DNA of 38,504 nucleotides from Myxococcota bacterium (GCA_049322255.1 JBMORE010000011.1:1-38504), one strand, 5' to 3'. Positions 27,217 through 36,707 are shown, numbered from the stretch's first letter. Program-made: numbers and translations. The notes: generated by a model from the sequence alone, not told the origin.

Positions 27217-27577
27217 GGAGGCGAATCCGCCCGTCGGGGGTTTCGAACGCCTTGAGCGCCGAAAAGCTCAAGGCCTGCCAGCGCAGGGCCTGGCTGAACT
27301 CGAGGAGCACCCGGCCCTGCCCCTTGGTCGCCTCGTCGAGCATCTTCACGATCGGCGCGAAGGTCGACGAGTTCATGTACTCGAGGCTGGTGAAGTCGAG
27401 CGTCAGACGCTTGCCGGCCGCCAGGCTGCGACCGAGCGCCTGGGTGAGCACGGGCATCAGCAAACGCCCCGGCTCGCGGTCGTTGCTCTTGCCTCTCCAC
27501 ACCAGTCGAAGCTCGTCGCCCGACTCCTGCTGCTCGATGGAGAGCTCCTTGTCGCCGAGGTTCTCTTGCGAGGACAT
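27206..27577 (-). CDS. SiaC/STAS-like partner-switching protein (paralog 1)
   Basis: WRGKSNDREPGRLLMP, LDFTSLEYMNSST, WQALSFSAL; overlaps the methyltransferase start by 11 bp. Confidence 0.7.
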   Translation of the reverse strand: MSSQENLGDKELSIEQQESGDELRLVWRGKSNDREPGRLLMPVLTQALGRSLAAGKRLTLDFTSLEYMNSSTFAPIVKMLDEATKGQGRVLLEFSQALRWQALSFSALKAFETPDGRIRLLGR

Positions 27578-27586
27578 ATGTTGCCT

Positions 27587-28069
27587 TCAGCGATGGTACA
27601 CGGCGGACACCGCCAGGATGTTGGACTCGTTGACGTAGAAATCAAGAACACACTGGCCCTCGTAGGCGATGCGCGTCAGCCCCAAGCCGCTGCGTGCGGG
27701 CGAGAAGGGCTGCGCGGACAGCTCCTTGAGCTTTTCCACGTACGCCTCGAACGGGTTCTGGTAACCGCGAATCCACTGGATGGTGGCGTCGAAGCCTTTC
27801 AAGCTGGAAGTGGCCGAGTCGATCGGGTTCTTCACCTCGATGGTGATGTCGGTCGCGCTCACCATCACCGAAAAATCAATCGCGTCGCGGGTGCCGTCGT
27901 AGCTTCCGTACTTCACCGCGTTCTCGAGCAGCTCCCGCGCGGCCATGCACAACGCATAAGAGACGTCCGGGTTGAGGCCGTTCGCTCCGAACAGGCGCAT
28001 GCAGTCATCCCAGGTTCCCTGGATCAGCTCCCAATCTGGCTTGAGGCGCAGCTCCAAGCGGCCGCTCAT
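27587..28069 (-). CDS. SiaB/anti-sigma-factor-like GHKL Ser/Thr kinase (paralog 1)
   Basis: ELLENAVKYG, IEVKNP, SGLGLTRIAYE; GAGGA RBS; 9 bp gap to the next gene. Confidence 0.78.
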   Translation of the reverse strand: MSGRLELRLKPDWELIQGTWDDCMRLFGANGLNPDVSYALCMAARELLENAVKYGSYDGTRDAIDFSVMVSATDITIEVKNPIDSATSSLKGFDATIQWIRGYQNPFEAYVEKLKELSAQPFSPARSGLGLTRIAYEGQCVLDFYVNESNILAVSAVYHR

Positions 28070-28159
28070 CTCGTGCTTCCTCTACGAGGTGTGGCGAGCG
28101 TCCGGCACCGGGGTCGCTCAGTCAAGCTGTATTGAACGAGCTCGTCTCCGCGCGCTGTG

Positions 28160-28849
28160 TCAGAAATTGAGGAACACCCGCTCTTTGGGCAACCCGCGTC
28201 GCTCCAGCGCTTCGGTCACCCCCTGCACCATCGCCTTTTGCCCGACCACGAAGGCCACCGCCCCGTCCACGTTCACCTCGCCCAGGTGGGCCTGCACGTA
28301 GCCGGTGAGCCCGTTCCACCCCGAGCGGCCGGGCTGGCTCACCGTGCGCACCACCCGAATGCGGGCGCGCTCCCACTCCTTGAGCTCCTCTTGGTAAGCG
28401 AAGGCCGCCGGGGTACGGACGCCGAAGAAGAGGGTCACTTCGCCGAAGGCCTCGCGCTCCCGGCGAATGGTTTCGATGGCCGAGCGAATGGCGCCGATGC
28501 CCGAGCCGGTGGCGAAGAGCAAGACGTTCTTCCCCTTGGCTGCCTCGAGAGGAAACCCCTTGCCCAAAGGAGCGCTGATTCGCACCAGGCTGCCCACCTT
28601 CGCCTGCGCCAGCGCGGTGGCCAGCGGCGAGCCGGCCTTGATGAGGAGCTCGAAGTGGTGGCCGTCGCCAGGCGCGGAGGCGATGGCGAAGTACCCCTCT
28701 CCCACCCCGTCGAGCGAGAGCTTGACGTATTGGCCGGGCAGCTGGTGCGCCTCCCCCAGCCCGGTGCCCTCCACATCGAGCACCAGGTGGAACAGCTGGT
28801 CGGCCGCGGGAGTGTTTTCTTCCACCTTCGCCTGGTGCCAGTCGCTCAT
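28160..28849 (-). CDS. Ferredoxin-NADP reductase-like FAD/NAD(P)-binding oxidoreductase
   Basis: PGQYV, YFAIASAP, APLGKGF, FATGSGIGAIRS, GYVQ, C-terminal NF. Confidence 0.88.
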   Translation of the reverse strand: MSDWHQAKVEENTPAADQLFHLVLDVEGTGLGEAHQLPGQYVKLSLDGVGEGYFAIASAPGDGHHFELLIKAGSPLATALAQAKVGSLVRISAPLGKGFPLEAAKGKNVLLFATGSGIGAIRSAIETIRREREAFGEVTLFFGVRTPAAFAYQEELKEWERARIRVVRTVSQPGRSGWNGLTGYVQAHLGEVNVDGAVAFVVGQKAMVQGVTEALERRGLPKERVFLNF

Positions 28850-28901
28850 GCGGCAGTTTCTACACCGGTGCGGTGAAGGCTGCTGCTAGCATCGGCCGCT
28901 G

Positions 28902-29678
28902 TTGCGACTGCGCGGCCTGATCGGGCTCTTGCTTTTCTCGCTGGGGACGGCCGGAGTGGTCGCCCCGCTTCTTTACTTCTACACCTCCAGCCAGCTGCCC
29001 CCGATGGAGAGCGAGCTGGACATCGAGAGGCTGCTTCGGCTCGACATCGAAAGCGAGCGCATGCGGTTGAAGCTGTCGCAGTACGACCGCGACGCGGTGA
29101 CGGTGACCTTCGAGCGTCCCGACTTTTCCAGACTGCCCAAAGACCTGGTGGGCCTCTACCTCTCGCAGCGCCGCTGCCCCGCCTACTTTCAGACGGCTCG
29201 CGAGGAGGGTGCCGCGTGGGCCTGGCGCATGCTCGTCGGCCTGGTGAGCCTCGAGCCTGGCGGCGAGGGCGGGTGCGAACGGCTTTTTGCGCTGCGGCTG
29301 GCCAAGCGCCTGGGCGCCCGGGGGGCGCTGCAACTTTCAGTGGGCGCGCACCGAATTCACTCCTTGCTGGAGAAGGACCAGCTCATCGCCTACGACCTGT
29401 TCTCGATGTGGTTCGAGCCAGGGTGGGTAGGGGTCGACCACCTGGCCCACAAGTTGTTCAAGAAGCGGCTCGAGCGGCTGAGGCTCTCCGAGTTGGCCGA
29501 GCTGATGCTCGCCTTGCCGCCGCACAACTACTACCGGCAGATGCGCGACTGCCAAAACCCTACCCTTCTTCGGCAGAACCGCGACAGCCTGCTCAAAGAC
29601 TTGTCGCGTGATGCGCTCGTTTCCGAAGAGCAAGTGCGGAGCGCGATGGCTCACCCGGTAGCGTGCACGATGCGGTAG
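28902..29678 (+). CDS. Degenerate transglycosylase (GT51)-like membrane-anchored protein
   Basis: N-terminal TM; LAKRL, GVDHLAHKLFKKRLERLRLSELAEL, RQNRDSLL resemble GT51 motifs, but the EDxxF motif is absent. Confidence 0.6.
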   Translation: MRLRGLIGLLLFSLGTAGVVAPLLYFYTSSQLPPMESELDIERLLRLDIESERMRLKLSQYDRDAVTVTFERPDFSRLPKDLVGLYLSQRRCPAYFQTAREEGAAWAWRMLVGLVSLEPGGEGGCERLFALRLAKRLGARGALQLSVGAHRIHSLLEKDQLIAYDLFSMWFEPGWVGVDHLAHKLFKKRLERLRLSELAELMLALPPHNYYRQMRDCQNPTLLRQNRDSLLKDLSRDALVSEEQVRSAMAHPVACTMR

Positions 29679-29700
29679 GCGCGATGGGTTTTTCGCAGGG

Positions 29701-31296
29701 TCAGCGCCTGAACTTCTCCGGCAGCGGACGGATGTGGGTCTCGTCGCTGCTGGAGGAATCCTCCCCTCCAGTCCGCGGCCGCCGCACGGGAGCCCCGGTA
29801 GGACGCGCCGCCGGCTTCACGCTCGCTGGCCGCCGCGTGGGAGCCATGGTGCGCACGTCGTTGGTTTCTTGCAGGGCGTCGTTGAGCAGCTCGTCGGCGA
29901 TTTCCACCTTAGGCTCGTTGGGGTCGACCAGCGGGCGCTCGGGAGGGAACGGGTTCTCGGTGGGGGGTGGGGTGGCATCCTCGTCGGGGAGGGTTCGCGA
30001 GGCAGCGCGCGCGGCCGCGGGCGCCGGCTTGGGTCTAGCCCCCGGCGCTTTGGCCTCGGCCTTGAGCTTGCGCTCGAAGGCGTGCCACTGGTCTTTGAAG
30101 CTCTCGGGGTCGGGTTGTCCCTTCTCGCGGTGCTTGAGCGAGCTCGCCCAACGCACTTGGTGGTCTTCCCCCATATGGTAGGCGGGAGGCGGTGGCACCC
30201 CGTAGCTGGCGGGGTCGAAGAACTTCTCGTCCAGGTCGGAAAACCCGTGCGCTCGTGCCTTGGCGATGAAGGTAGGGAGGATGCCGGTGGGCGAGTGGTA
30301 GCCGAGCACCTTCCCGTCTTCGTCCCTGGCCACTTGAGTGAAGACGAACAAGTCCTGCGTGCGGTAGTCACCTTTTTCGGTGAGCGGGAGCACCTCGGCG
30401 ATGTGGGTCGTCTTGCGGCTGCCGTCGAGGAGTCGCTCACAGCAAATGACCACGTTGATCGCGCTCGCCACCAGCGCGCGCACCGCCACCATGGGCAGCT
30501 CCACTCCGCTCATCAGGCACAGGCTCTCCACACGCCGTAGGGTGTCGGTGGGAGTGTTGGCGTGGGTGGTGGCCATCGAGCCGCCGTGGCCGGTGTTCAT
30601 CGCCTGCACCAGGTGAAAGGCCTCGCCCCCGCGAACTTCGCCCACCACGATACGGTCGGGCCGAAGCCGCAAAGCAGAGTGCAGCAAGTCGCCCATGTTC
30701 ACTTCGCCCTTGCCGAACTTGTCGGCAACGCGGCTCTCGAAGGAGACCAGGTGGTCTTGGACGAGCCGAAGCTCGGCCGAGTCCTCGATGGTGAGAATGC
30801 GTTCTTCGTTGGGGATGAGCGAGGAAAGGATGTTGAGCAGGGTGGTCTTGCCCGAGCTGGTACCCCCGGCGACGATGACGTTGAGCTTGAGGCGAATGGC
30901 CGCCTCGATGAGCCGCGCCATCTCTGGGGTCATCGACTTGAACTGGAGCAGCGCGTCGATGCCCAGCTTTTCCCGAAAGAACTTGCGGATGGCGATGGTG
31001 GTGCCTTTGCGCGCGACGGGCGGGAGCACCACGTGAATGCGGCTGCCGTCGGGGAGCCGGGCGTCGAGACGAGGGCGCTCGTCGCTGAGCGGGCGGCCCA
31101 CGAATTGGGCGATGTTGCGCGCCGCTCCGAGCAGGCCCTCTTCGGTGAAGCGCGCCTCGACCCTGACCAGCTTGCCTTTTCGCTCGACCCAGATGTCCTC
31201 GGGGCCGTTGATCATGATCTCGCTCACCGACTCGTCGTCGAGGTAGGCGAGCACGGGCTTCAAGAAAGCCCGTAGCGACTCGGTGTACATCGTCAT
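29701..31296 (-). CDS. cpaF: CpaF/TadA family secretion ATPase with a long Pro-rich C-terminal tail
   Basis: SEIMING, DARLPDGSRI, Walker A GGTSSGKTT, TIEDSAEL, LRLRPDRIVVGEVRGGEA, AMNTGHGGSMATTHAN. Confidence 0.92.
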   Translation of the reverse strand: MTMYTESLRAFLKPVLAYLDDESVSEIMINGPEDIWVERKGKLVRVEARFTEEGLLGAARNIAQFVGRPLSDERPRLDARLPDGSRIHVVLPPVARKGTTIAIRKFFREKLGIDALLQFKSMTPEMARLIEAAIRLKLNVIVAGGTSSGKTTLLNILSSLIPNEERILTIEDSAELRLVQDHLVSFESRVADKFGKGEVNMGDLLHSALRLRPDRIVVGEVRGGEAFHLVQAMNTGHGGSMATTHANTPTDTLRRVESLCLMSGVELPMVAVRALVASAINVVICCERLLDGSRKTTHIAEVLPLTEKGDYRTQDLFVFTQVARDEDGKVLGYHSPTGILPTFIAKARAHGFSDLDEKFFDPASYGVPPPPAYHMGEDHQVRWASSLKHREKGQPDPESFKDQWHAFERKLKAEAKAPGARPKPAPAAARAASRTLPDEDATPPPTENPFPPERPLVDPNEPKVEIADELLNDALQETNDVRTMAPTRRPASVKPAARPTGAPVRRPRTGGEDSSSSDETHIRPLPEKFRR

Positions 31297-31355
31297 GGTG
31301 GCCACGATGCTACCCTGTCGTCACGTCGAGAGCGACGGCGCTTGAAGGAGCGGAC

Positions 31356-31997
31356 ATGGCGAGCAAACGGACGAAAAAGAAGGGCGCGGCGACGAAAAAG
31401 GTTTCCCCCAAACGGGTCGAGGTGCATCGCTTCGAAAAGCCACCTGCCCACCGCGGGCGGGCCTTGCCCATCGAGGTCGATCCGCGGCGAGTCGAGGAGG
31501 CGGTGGCCAAAATCAAAGACGAGCTGGTGCACTGGGCGAACAAAGGCCGCTTCACCAAGGTGCGCTTCAAGTTCCGCGGTAAACAGCTGCTCCCCGACAT
31601 ACCGCTGGCCGCGGTGGTCGCCGCCGAGGGGCTGACATTCTATTGGGGCGGCATCTTGCGGGCGCTGCTGTTCAACCTCGCCGGCAAGACGGTGCTCGAC
31701 GTCGAGCTGGTGAACGACTCGGAGAAGCGCATTCAAAAAGGGAAGGAGGCGATTCTCTCCGGCGAGGTCGAGGCGGCGCTGGCGCTCTTCCGCGAGGCGG
31801 CGGCGATGGACCGCGACAACCCTGCCGCCCACCTGAACCTCGGCGTGGCCCTCAAGCTCAAGGGCGAGCTTTCGGCAGCGCGGGAAGCGATGGAGCGCGC
31901 CAAGTCGCTCGACCCGGAAGGCCCGGTGGGGGCGGAAGCAGAACGGCTGCTTTCTTCGATGCAGGTGAGCGAAGGGGCGCTCGCCGGTACCCGCTGA
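31356..31997 (+). CDS. Hypothetical protein with C-terminal TPR repeats
   Basis: AAGGAG RBS; AHLNLGVALKLKGELSAAREAMERA TPR motif. Confidence 0.8.
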   Translation: MASKRTKKKGAATKKVSPKRVEVHRFEKPPAHRGRALPIEVDPRRVEEAVAKIKDELVHWANKGRFTKVRFKFRGKQLLPDIPLAAVVAAEGLTFYWGGILRALLFNLAGKTVLDVELVNDSEKRIQKGKEAILSGEVEAALALFREAAAMDRDNPAAHLNLGVALKLKGELSAAREAMERAKSLDPEGPVGAEAERLLSSMQVSEGALAGTR

Positions 31998-32000
31998 ATC

Positions 32001-32420
32001 TCAGCCGGTCGCCTGGGTGGCCAACTTCCGGAGCTCACGCAAGGCTCCGAGCTCAGCCGTATACGCGCGGTGCAGCCGCTCGAGATCGAGCTGCGTGTAG
32101 ATATGAGCGAGCACGTTACGAAGTCCCGCCCAGCCTTCGAGCTCATGGGCCAGGGGGGCAGGTAACACTCCCGACCGCGCAAGGAGAACGAAAGCTTCAC
32201 GATAAGAGGAGGCAGGGCCGAGCTTCCTGTTGGCGAGCAGAACCTCGGCGATGTCGATGGCTGATTGGGCGGCGACGTACAGCGCGTTCGACACCATGCG
32301 GAAGGCGTGGCGATCTGTCATCAACCGTTCGAGCGGTACCTCGCGGGCGTATTGTTCGAGGTCGGCAAGCGCCTCATCCAGCGAGCGTAGGAGCACGGCC
32401 AGCTGCTCTCGCTGGGTCAC
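32001..32420 (-). CDS. hepT: HepT-like (DUF86/HEPN) RNase toxin
   Basis: Rx4HxY motif RNVLAHIY; AIDIA and PASSYREAF; GTGA overlap with the upstream NTase gene. Confidence 0.9.
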   Translation of the reverse strand: MTQREQLAVLLRSLDEALADLEQYAREVPLERLMTDRHAFRMVSNALYVAAQSAIDIAEVLLANRKLGPASSYREAFVLLARSGVLPAPLAHELEGWAGLRNVLAHIYTQLDLERLHRAYTAELGALRELRKLATQATG

Positions 32421-32857
32421 CGCGAGACTCCCAACACCCGGTCCACTTGGCGATGCCAGAAGGGGGCGAAGTCATGCCATTCACTCGCCCAACGCGCTTC
32501 GAGCACCACGCGCTCGTCCTCGCTTCTCACGTGGAGCCGGCGGCCCTCGGAGAGGACGGCAAAGCGAAAAGGAGGCGATGCTCCGTTGAGCGGCCTCACG
32601 TCGAGCGGGAGGACAGGATGCGTCTTGGCCTCGATCGCTGCCGCCACCCGGGCACAAGACGCGAACATCGCAGCGGAACTGGGCACGTCGGCGAAATAGA
32701 GGGCGAGGTCGATGTCACGGGCCGGTTCATCGCGAGCGACGGAGCCATGCAGATACGCCACGACCACCGAGGGCTCTCGGGCACACGCCTGCGCTGCCGC
32801 CCTACAGAGGGCGACCACTTCCTCGTTGGACAACCGTTGCCGCGCCACTTCCTGCAT
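32417..32857 (-). CDS. mntA: MntA-like minimal nucleotidyltransferase antitoxin
   Basis: VAYLHGSVARDEPARDIDLAL (GS...DxD), LDVRPLNGASP. Confidence 0.88.
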   Translation of the reverse strand: MQEVARQRLSNEEVVALCRAAAQACAREPSVVVAYLHGSVARDEPARDIDLALYFADVPSSAAMFASCARVAAAIEAKTHPVLPLDVRPLNGASPPFRFAVLSEGRRLHVRSEDERVVLEARWASEWHDFAPFWHRQVDRVLGVSR

Positions 32858-32936
32858 GGGCGCTCAATTTAGGCCGCTGAGGAGATGACCGCAAAGCTGC
32901 CTTGGGCATAAGCGGTGGACATGGGAGGATGCGTGC

Positions 32937-33335
32937 ATGCTCGCGGCACTTCTGACCTTGATGGTCGCCCAAGCGCCCCAAGCGAATGTGCCCCGTGCCG
33001 AGGTGTCGGGGCTGCGCCGTTACGCGTGGATTCCTGCTGCTGCGGGTGCCGGGCTCCTCGCCACGGGCGGCTACTTTTTCTACGTGAAAGAACAGAAGGC
33101 CGCTGCGCTGCGCCGCCGCGGCGACTCACGTCTCCTCGTCGACCAAGCGGTGAAAGCCAAAGACGACGGCATTGCCGCCGAGGGAACGGGCATCATCCTC
33201 TCCCTCTTCGGGTGCGTCGCCCTCGCCACCGGCGGCGCCCTGTACTTCCTGGGCGCGCCCGACGCTCCGCTCGCCCTCACACCTGCCCTGGTGCCGGGAG
33301 GTGGAGGACTTGTCATCGAGGGGAAATGGCGTTAG
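32937..33335 (+). CDS. Hypothetical membrane or secreted protein
   Basis: Signal-like N-terminus, two Gly-rich hydrophobic helices, terminal GGLVIEGKW beta motif; GGAGG upstream. Confidence 0.6.
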   Translation: MLAALLTLMVAQAPQANVPRAEVSGLRRYAWIPAAAGAGLLATGGYFFYVKEQKAAALRRRGDSRLLVDQAVKAKDDGIAAEGTGIILSLFGCVALATGGALYFLGAPDAPLALTPALVPGGGGLVIEGKWR

Positions 33336-33347
33336 CCCACCCTTGCC

Positions 33348-36053
33348 ATGGCCGATGACACCCTCGAAAAGCCGCCCGCTCCGCCGCCTCCTGGAGATGC
33401 GGGCAACCTGATTCCGGTCACCATCGAGGACGAGATGCGCAAGTCGTATCTCGACTACTCGATGAGCGTCATCATCGGGCGCGCCCTGCCCGACGTGCGC
33501 GACGGCCTAAAGCCGGTGCACCGGCGCATCCTCTACGCGATGTTCGACGAGGGGTTGCTCCACAACCGCAAGTACTCCAAGTGCGCCGGCGTGGTGGGCG
33601 AGGTCTTGAAGAAGTACCACCCCCACGGCGACGCCTCCGTCTACGACGCCCTGGTGCGGCTGGCCCAGCCGTGGAACCTGCGCTACCTGCTCGTCGATGG
33701 GCAGGGAAACTTCGGCTCGGTGGACGGTGACTCGGCGGCGGCCTACCGCTACACCGAGAGCCGGATGACGGCGCTCGCCGAGATGATGCTCGCCGACATC
33801 GACAAGGAAACCGTCGACTTCGGTCCCAACTTCGACGGCGCGACCACCGAGCCCTTGGTGCTCCCCACCCGCTTTCCCAATCTCCTGGTCAACGGTTCTT
33901 CGGGCATCGCGGTGGGTATGACCACCAACATCCCCCCGCACAACATGGCGGAGGTGCTTGATGCCACCGTGCACCTCATCGACAACCCCAAGGCGTCGAT
34001 CGCCGAACTGATGAAGCTGGTGCCCGGCCCCGACTTTCCCACCGCGGGGTTCATCAGCGGGCGGGAGGGGATTCAGAAGGCCTACGAAACCGGGCGCGGG
34101 CACATCGTGATGCGCGCGCGCACCGACATCGAGGTACAGAAGAAGACCGAGCGTGAGAGCATCATCGTCACCGAGATTCCCTACCAGGTGAACAAGGCGC
34201 GGCTCATCGAGCGCATCGCCGAGCTGGTGCGGGACAAGAAAATCGATGGCATCAGCGACGTTCGCGACGAGAGCGATCGTCACGGCATGCGGGTGGTCAT
34301 CGAGCTCAAGCGCGACGCCATCAGCGGGGTGGTGCTCAACAACCTCTTCGCCCTGACCCCGATGCAGTCGTCGTTCGGCATCGTCCTTCTGGCCATCGAC
34401 CAGGGCACCCCGCGCACCCTGAACTTGAAAGAGTTGCTCGAGCGCTTCGTGCTCCACCGCCGGGAGGTGGTCACCCGGCGCAGCCGCTTCGAGCTCAAGA
34501 AGGCGGAAGGCCGGCTGCACATCGTCGAGGGTCTGCTGGTCGCGCAGGACATCATCGACCACGTCATCACCATCATCCGCCGCTCGAAGGACGTGGACGA
34601 GGCGCGCTGGGGTCTGATGCACGTGCTCTCGCCCTCGCTCTACCAGCACCCGCGCTTCCAGGACCTGCCCAAGCTCGACGTGGCGGCGGCCAAGGCGCAG
34701 ATGCAGAAGCTCTCCGAGCGCGCCAAGGCCGACGAGCCCGCCTTCCCCGGGCTGGCACACGACTATGCCGCCGGCGGCTTCTCCGAGGAGCAGGCGAAGA
34801 ACATTCTCGACATGCGGCTGCAGCGCTTGACCGGCATGCAGCGCGACGAGCTCTACAAAGAGCTGCTCGACCTGGTACGCGACATCGTGCGGCTGCGCGA
34901 CATCCTCGCCAACGAGGCCAGCCTGCTCAACGTCATCAAGGCCGAGCTGGCCGAGGTGAAGGAGAAGTTCGGCGACGCGCGGCGCACCGAGCTCATCGGC
35001 GACGTGGGCGAAATCTCCACTGAAGACCTCATCGCCGAGGAGCCGATGGTGGTCACCCTCTCCCACGCCGGCTACGTCAAGCGCAGCCCGCTCACCGAGT
35101 ACCGGGCGCAAAAGCGTGGCGGCCGGGGCAAGACCGGCGCGGCGACCAAGGAAGACGATTTCGTCTCCGACATCTTCGTCGCCTCCACCCACGCTTACCT
35201 GATGCCCATCACCACCCGCGGCCGGCTCTATTGGCTCAAGGTGCACGAGATTCCGCAGGCCGGGCGCACCGCGCGGGGGAAAGCCATCGTCAACCTGGTG
35301 CAGTTCGGCCAGGACGAGAAGCTCGCCCAGGTGCTGGTGACCAAGGAGTTCTCCGAGAACCGCTACGTGTTCTTCGTCACCAAGCGCGGAGTGGTGAAGC
35401 GCACCGACCTGACCGCGTTCGCCAACGTGCGTTCCAGCGGCATCATCGCCTTGGGTATCGAGGACGGCGACAGCCTGGTGGCGGTGAAGATTACCGACGG
35501 CACCAAGGACGTGCTCCTCTCCACCGCTCAAGGCATGAGCATCCGCTTCCCGGAGGAAGAGGTGCGCTCGATGGGCCGCGCTGCCTATGGAGTCAAGGGC
35601 ATCACTCTCGAGGAGGGCGACTACGTGGTGGGCGCCGACCTGGTGGAGAAGGGCACCACCATTCTCACCGTCACCGAGAATGGTTACGGCAAGCGTACCG
35701 AGGAGGGCGAGTACCGGGTGCAGGGCCGCGGGGGGAAGGGAATCATCGACATCAAGACCACCGAGCGCAACGGCCGGGTGGTGGGCGTGGCGCAGGTGAA
35801 GGATGAGGACGAGGTGATGCTCGTCACCAACGGCGGCATGCTCATTCGTATGAAGGTGAAGGAGATTTCGGTCATCGGGCGCAACACCCAGGGGGTGCGG
35901 CTCATCTCCCTGGAGAGCGCCAGCGAGAAGGTGGCGGCGGTGTCGCGCTTGCCCGAGAGTGCCGCCGAGGCAGAGGAAGGCGGGGAGACCGGGAGTGGAG
36001 CGGGCCCTGGGATCGTTGCCGAAACAGAGGAACCCTCCGAGCCCAACGCTTAG
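33348..36053 (+). CDS. gyrA: DNA gyrase subunit A
   Basis: [33 protein letters not shown], catalytic AAYRYTE, GyrA box QKRGGRG, CTD pinwheel repeats, acidic tail. Confidence 0.99.
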   Translation: MADDTLEKPPAPPPPGDAGNLIPVTIEDEMRKSYLDYSMSVIIGRALPDVRDGLKPVHRRILYAMFDEGLLHNRKYSKCAGVVGEVLKKYHPHGDASVYDALVRLAQPWNLRYLLVDGQGNFGSVDGDSAAAYRYTESRMTALAEMMLADIDKETVDFGPNFDGATTEPLVLPTRFPNLLVNGSSGIAVGMTTNIPPHNMAEVLDATVHLIDNPKASIAELMKLVPGPDFPTAGFISGREGIQKAYETGRGHIVMRARTDIEVQKKTERESIIVTEIPYQVNKARLIERIAELVRDKKIDGISDVRDESDRHGMRVVIELKRDAISGVVLNNLFALTPMQSSFGIVLLAIDQGTPRTLNLKELLERFVLHRREVVTRRSRFELKKAEGRLHIVEGLLVAQDIIDHVITIIRRSKDVDEARWGLMHVLSPSLYQHPRFQDLPKLDVAAAKAQMQKLSERAKADEPAFPGLAHDYAAGGFSEEQAKNILDMRLQRLTGMQRDELYKELLDLVRDIVRLRDILANEASLLNVIKAELAEVKEKFGDARRTELIGDVGEISTEDLIAEEPMVVTLSHAGYVKRSPLTEYRAQKRGGRGKTGAATKEDDFVSDIFVASTHAYLMPITTRGRLYWLKVHEIPQAGRTARGKAIVNLVQFGQDEKLAQVLVTKEFSENRYVFFVTKRGVVKRTDLTAFANVRSSGIIALGIEDGDSLVAVKITDGTKDVLLSTAQGMSIRFPEEEVRSMGRAAYGVKGITLEEGDYVVGADLVEKGTTILTVTENGYGKRTEEGEYRVQGRGGKGIIDIKTTERNGRVVGVAQVKDEDEVMLVTNGGMLIRMKVKEISVIGRNTQGVRLISLESASEKVAAVSRLPESAAEAEEGGETGSGAGPGIVAETEEPSEPNA

Positions 36054-36445
36054 ACCGGTTTCGCTCGCGCCACGTCCGTGTGTGAGAAGTCGTTTCCTTT
36101 GTAGAGGAGCGGTTCACCACGCACGACGGCCAGAGCGTAGGCAAAGCAATCGCCAAAGTTGAGGGCTGCGGGGTGACGCCCTTTCCCGAACCGACTGAAC
36201 GCTCCGCGCGCTGTTCGAGCGTGGAGGAGATCCACAGCCACGGGTTCAATCGCCGCTCGTTCTAGAAAGAGATCGAGATCTCGTGTGCCCTCGGCGCCAA
36301 AGCGCGTTTCGATCACGATCGACGACTCGACGAGATTCGCTACGGAGATGACGCAGGCGTCCGCATCCTCGATGAGCTCATTGAAGGCACGGCGTTCTGG
36401 CTCATCGAGCAAGATCGCTAGAAGAGCCGAGGTATCAATCACCAT
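36050..36445 (-). CDS. vapC: VapC PIN-domain toxin
   Basis: [15 protein letters not shown] in [25 protein letters not shown]; start ATG 36445. Confidence 0.95.
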   Translation of the reverse strand: MVIDTSALLAILLDEPERRAFNELIEDADACVISVANLVESSIVIETRFGAEGTRDLDLFLERAAIEPVAVDLLHARTARGAFSRFGKGRHPAALNFGDCFAYALAVVRGEPLLYKGNDFSHTDVARAKPV

Positions 36446-36698
36446 GACCGGGGAGCCCGTGTTCGTCGTACCCGAGGATTTCGTCAGGGTTCCTGGCATC
36501 GCGCACAGGCAACTTGGCGCAGTGCGTGGCGATGGCGTCAAGCTCGTCTGCCAACCTTCGATGGGAACGTTCGCGACGCAGACGTGCCAACCGATCTCGC
36601 AACGCCCGCGTCACCGCCTCCGTCTTTGTCTCCCCGGTGAGACGAGCGAGTGCCTCCGCGAGCTTCTCAGCCTCGGGATTTCGAATGTTGAGAGCCAT
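36435..36698 (-). CDS. vapB: VapB antitoxin (Rv0623-like, RHH)
   Basis: MALNIRNPEAEKLA..LA..TGETKTEAV..AL, EILGYDEHGLP; overlaps vapC by 11 bp. Confidence 0.93.
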   Translation of the reverse strand: MALNIRNPEAEKLAEALARLTGETKTEAVTRALRDRLARLRRERSHRRLADELDAIATHCAKLPVRDARNPDEILGYDEHGLPGHGD

Positions 36699-36707
36699 GC
36701 TTTACGC

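Noticed and set aside
28160..28849. FNR-like oxidoreductase as part of the methyltransferase/partner-switching operon
   Set aside because: It is on the same strand but separated by about 90 bp and looks like a generic housekeeping enzyme; nothing in the sequence links it, although synteny could change this.
31643..32872. 409-aa plus-strand ORF spanning the TPR gene and the TA pair
   Set aside because: Arg/Gly-rich, motif-free, and overlaps three better-supported genes.
33507..35531. 674-aa antisense ORF inside gyrA, and similar long shadow ORFs (e.g. 2313-3758, 5750-7696, 10955-12163, 12144-13430, 22119-23714)
   Set aside because: These are the expected stop-poor antisense or alternate frames of high-GC3 genes; they carry no motifs and fully overlap well-supported CDSs.
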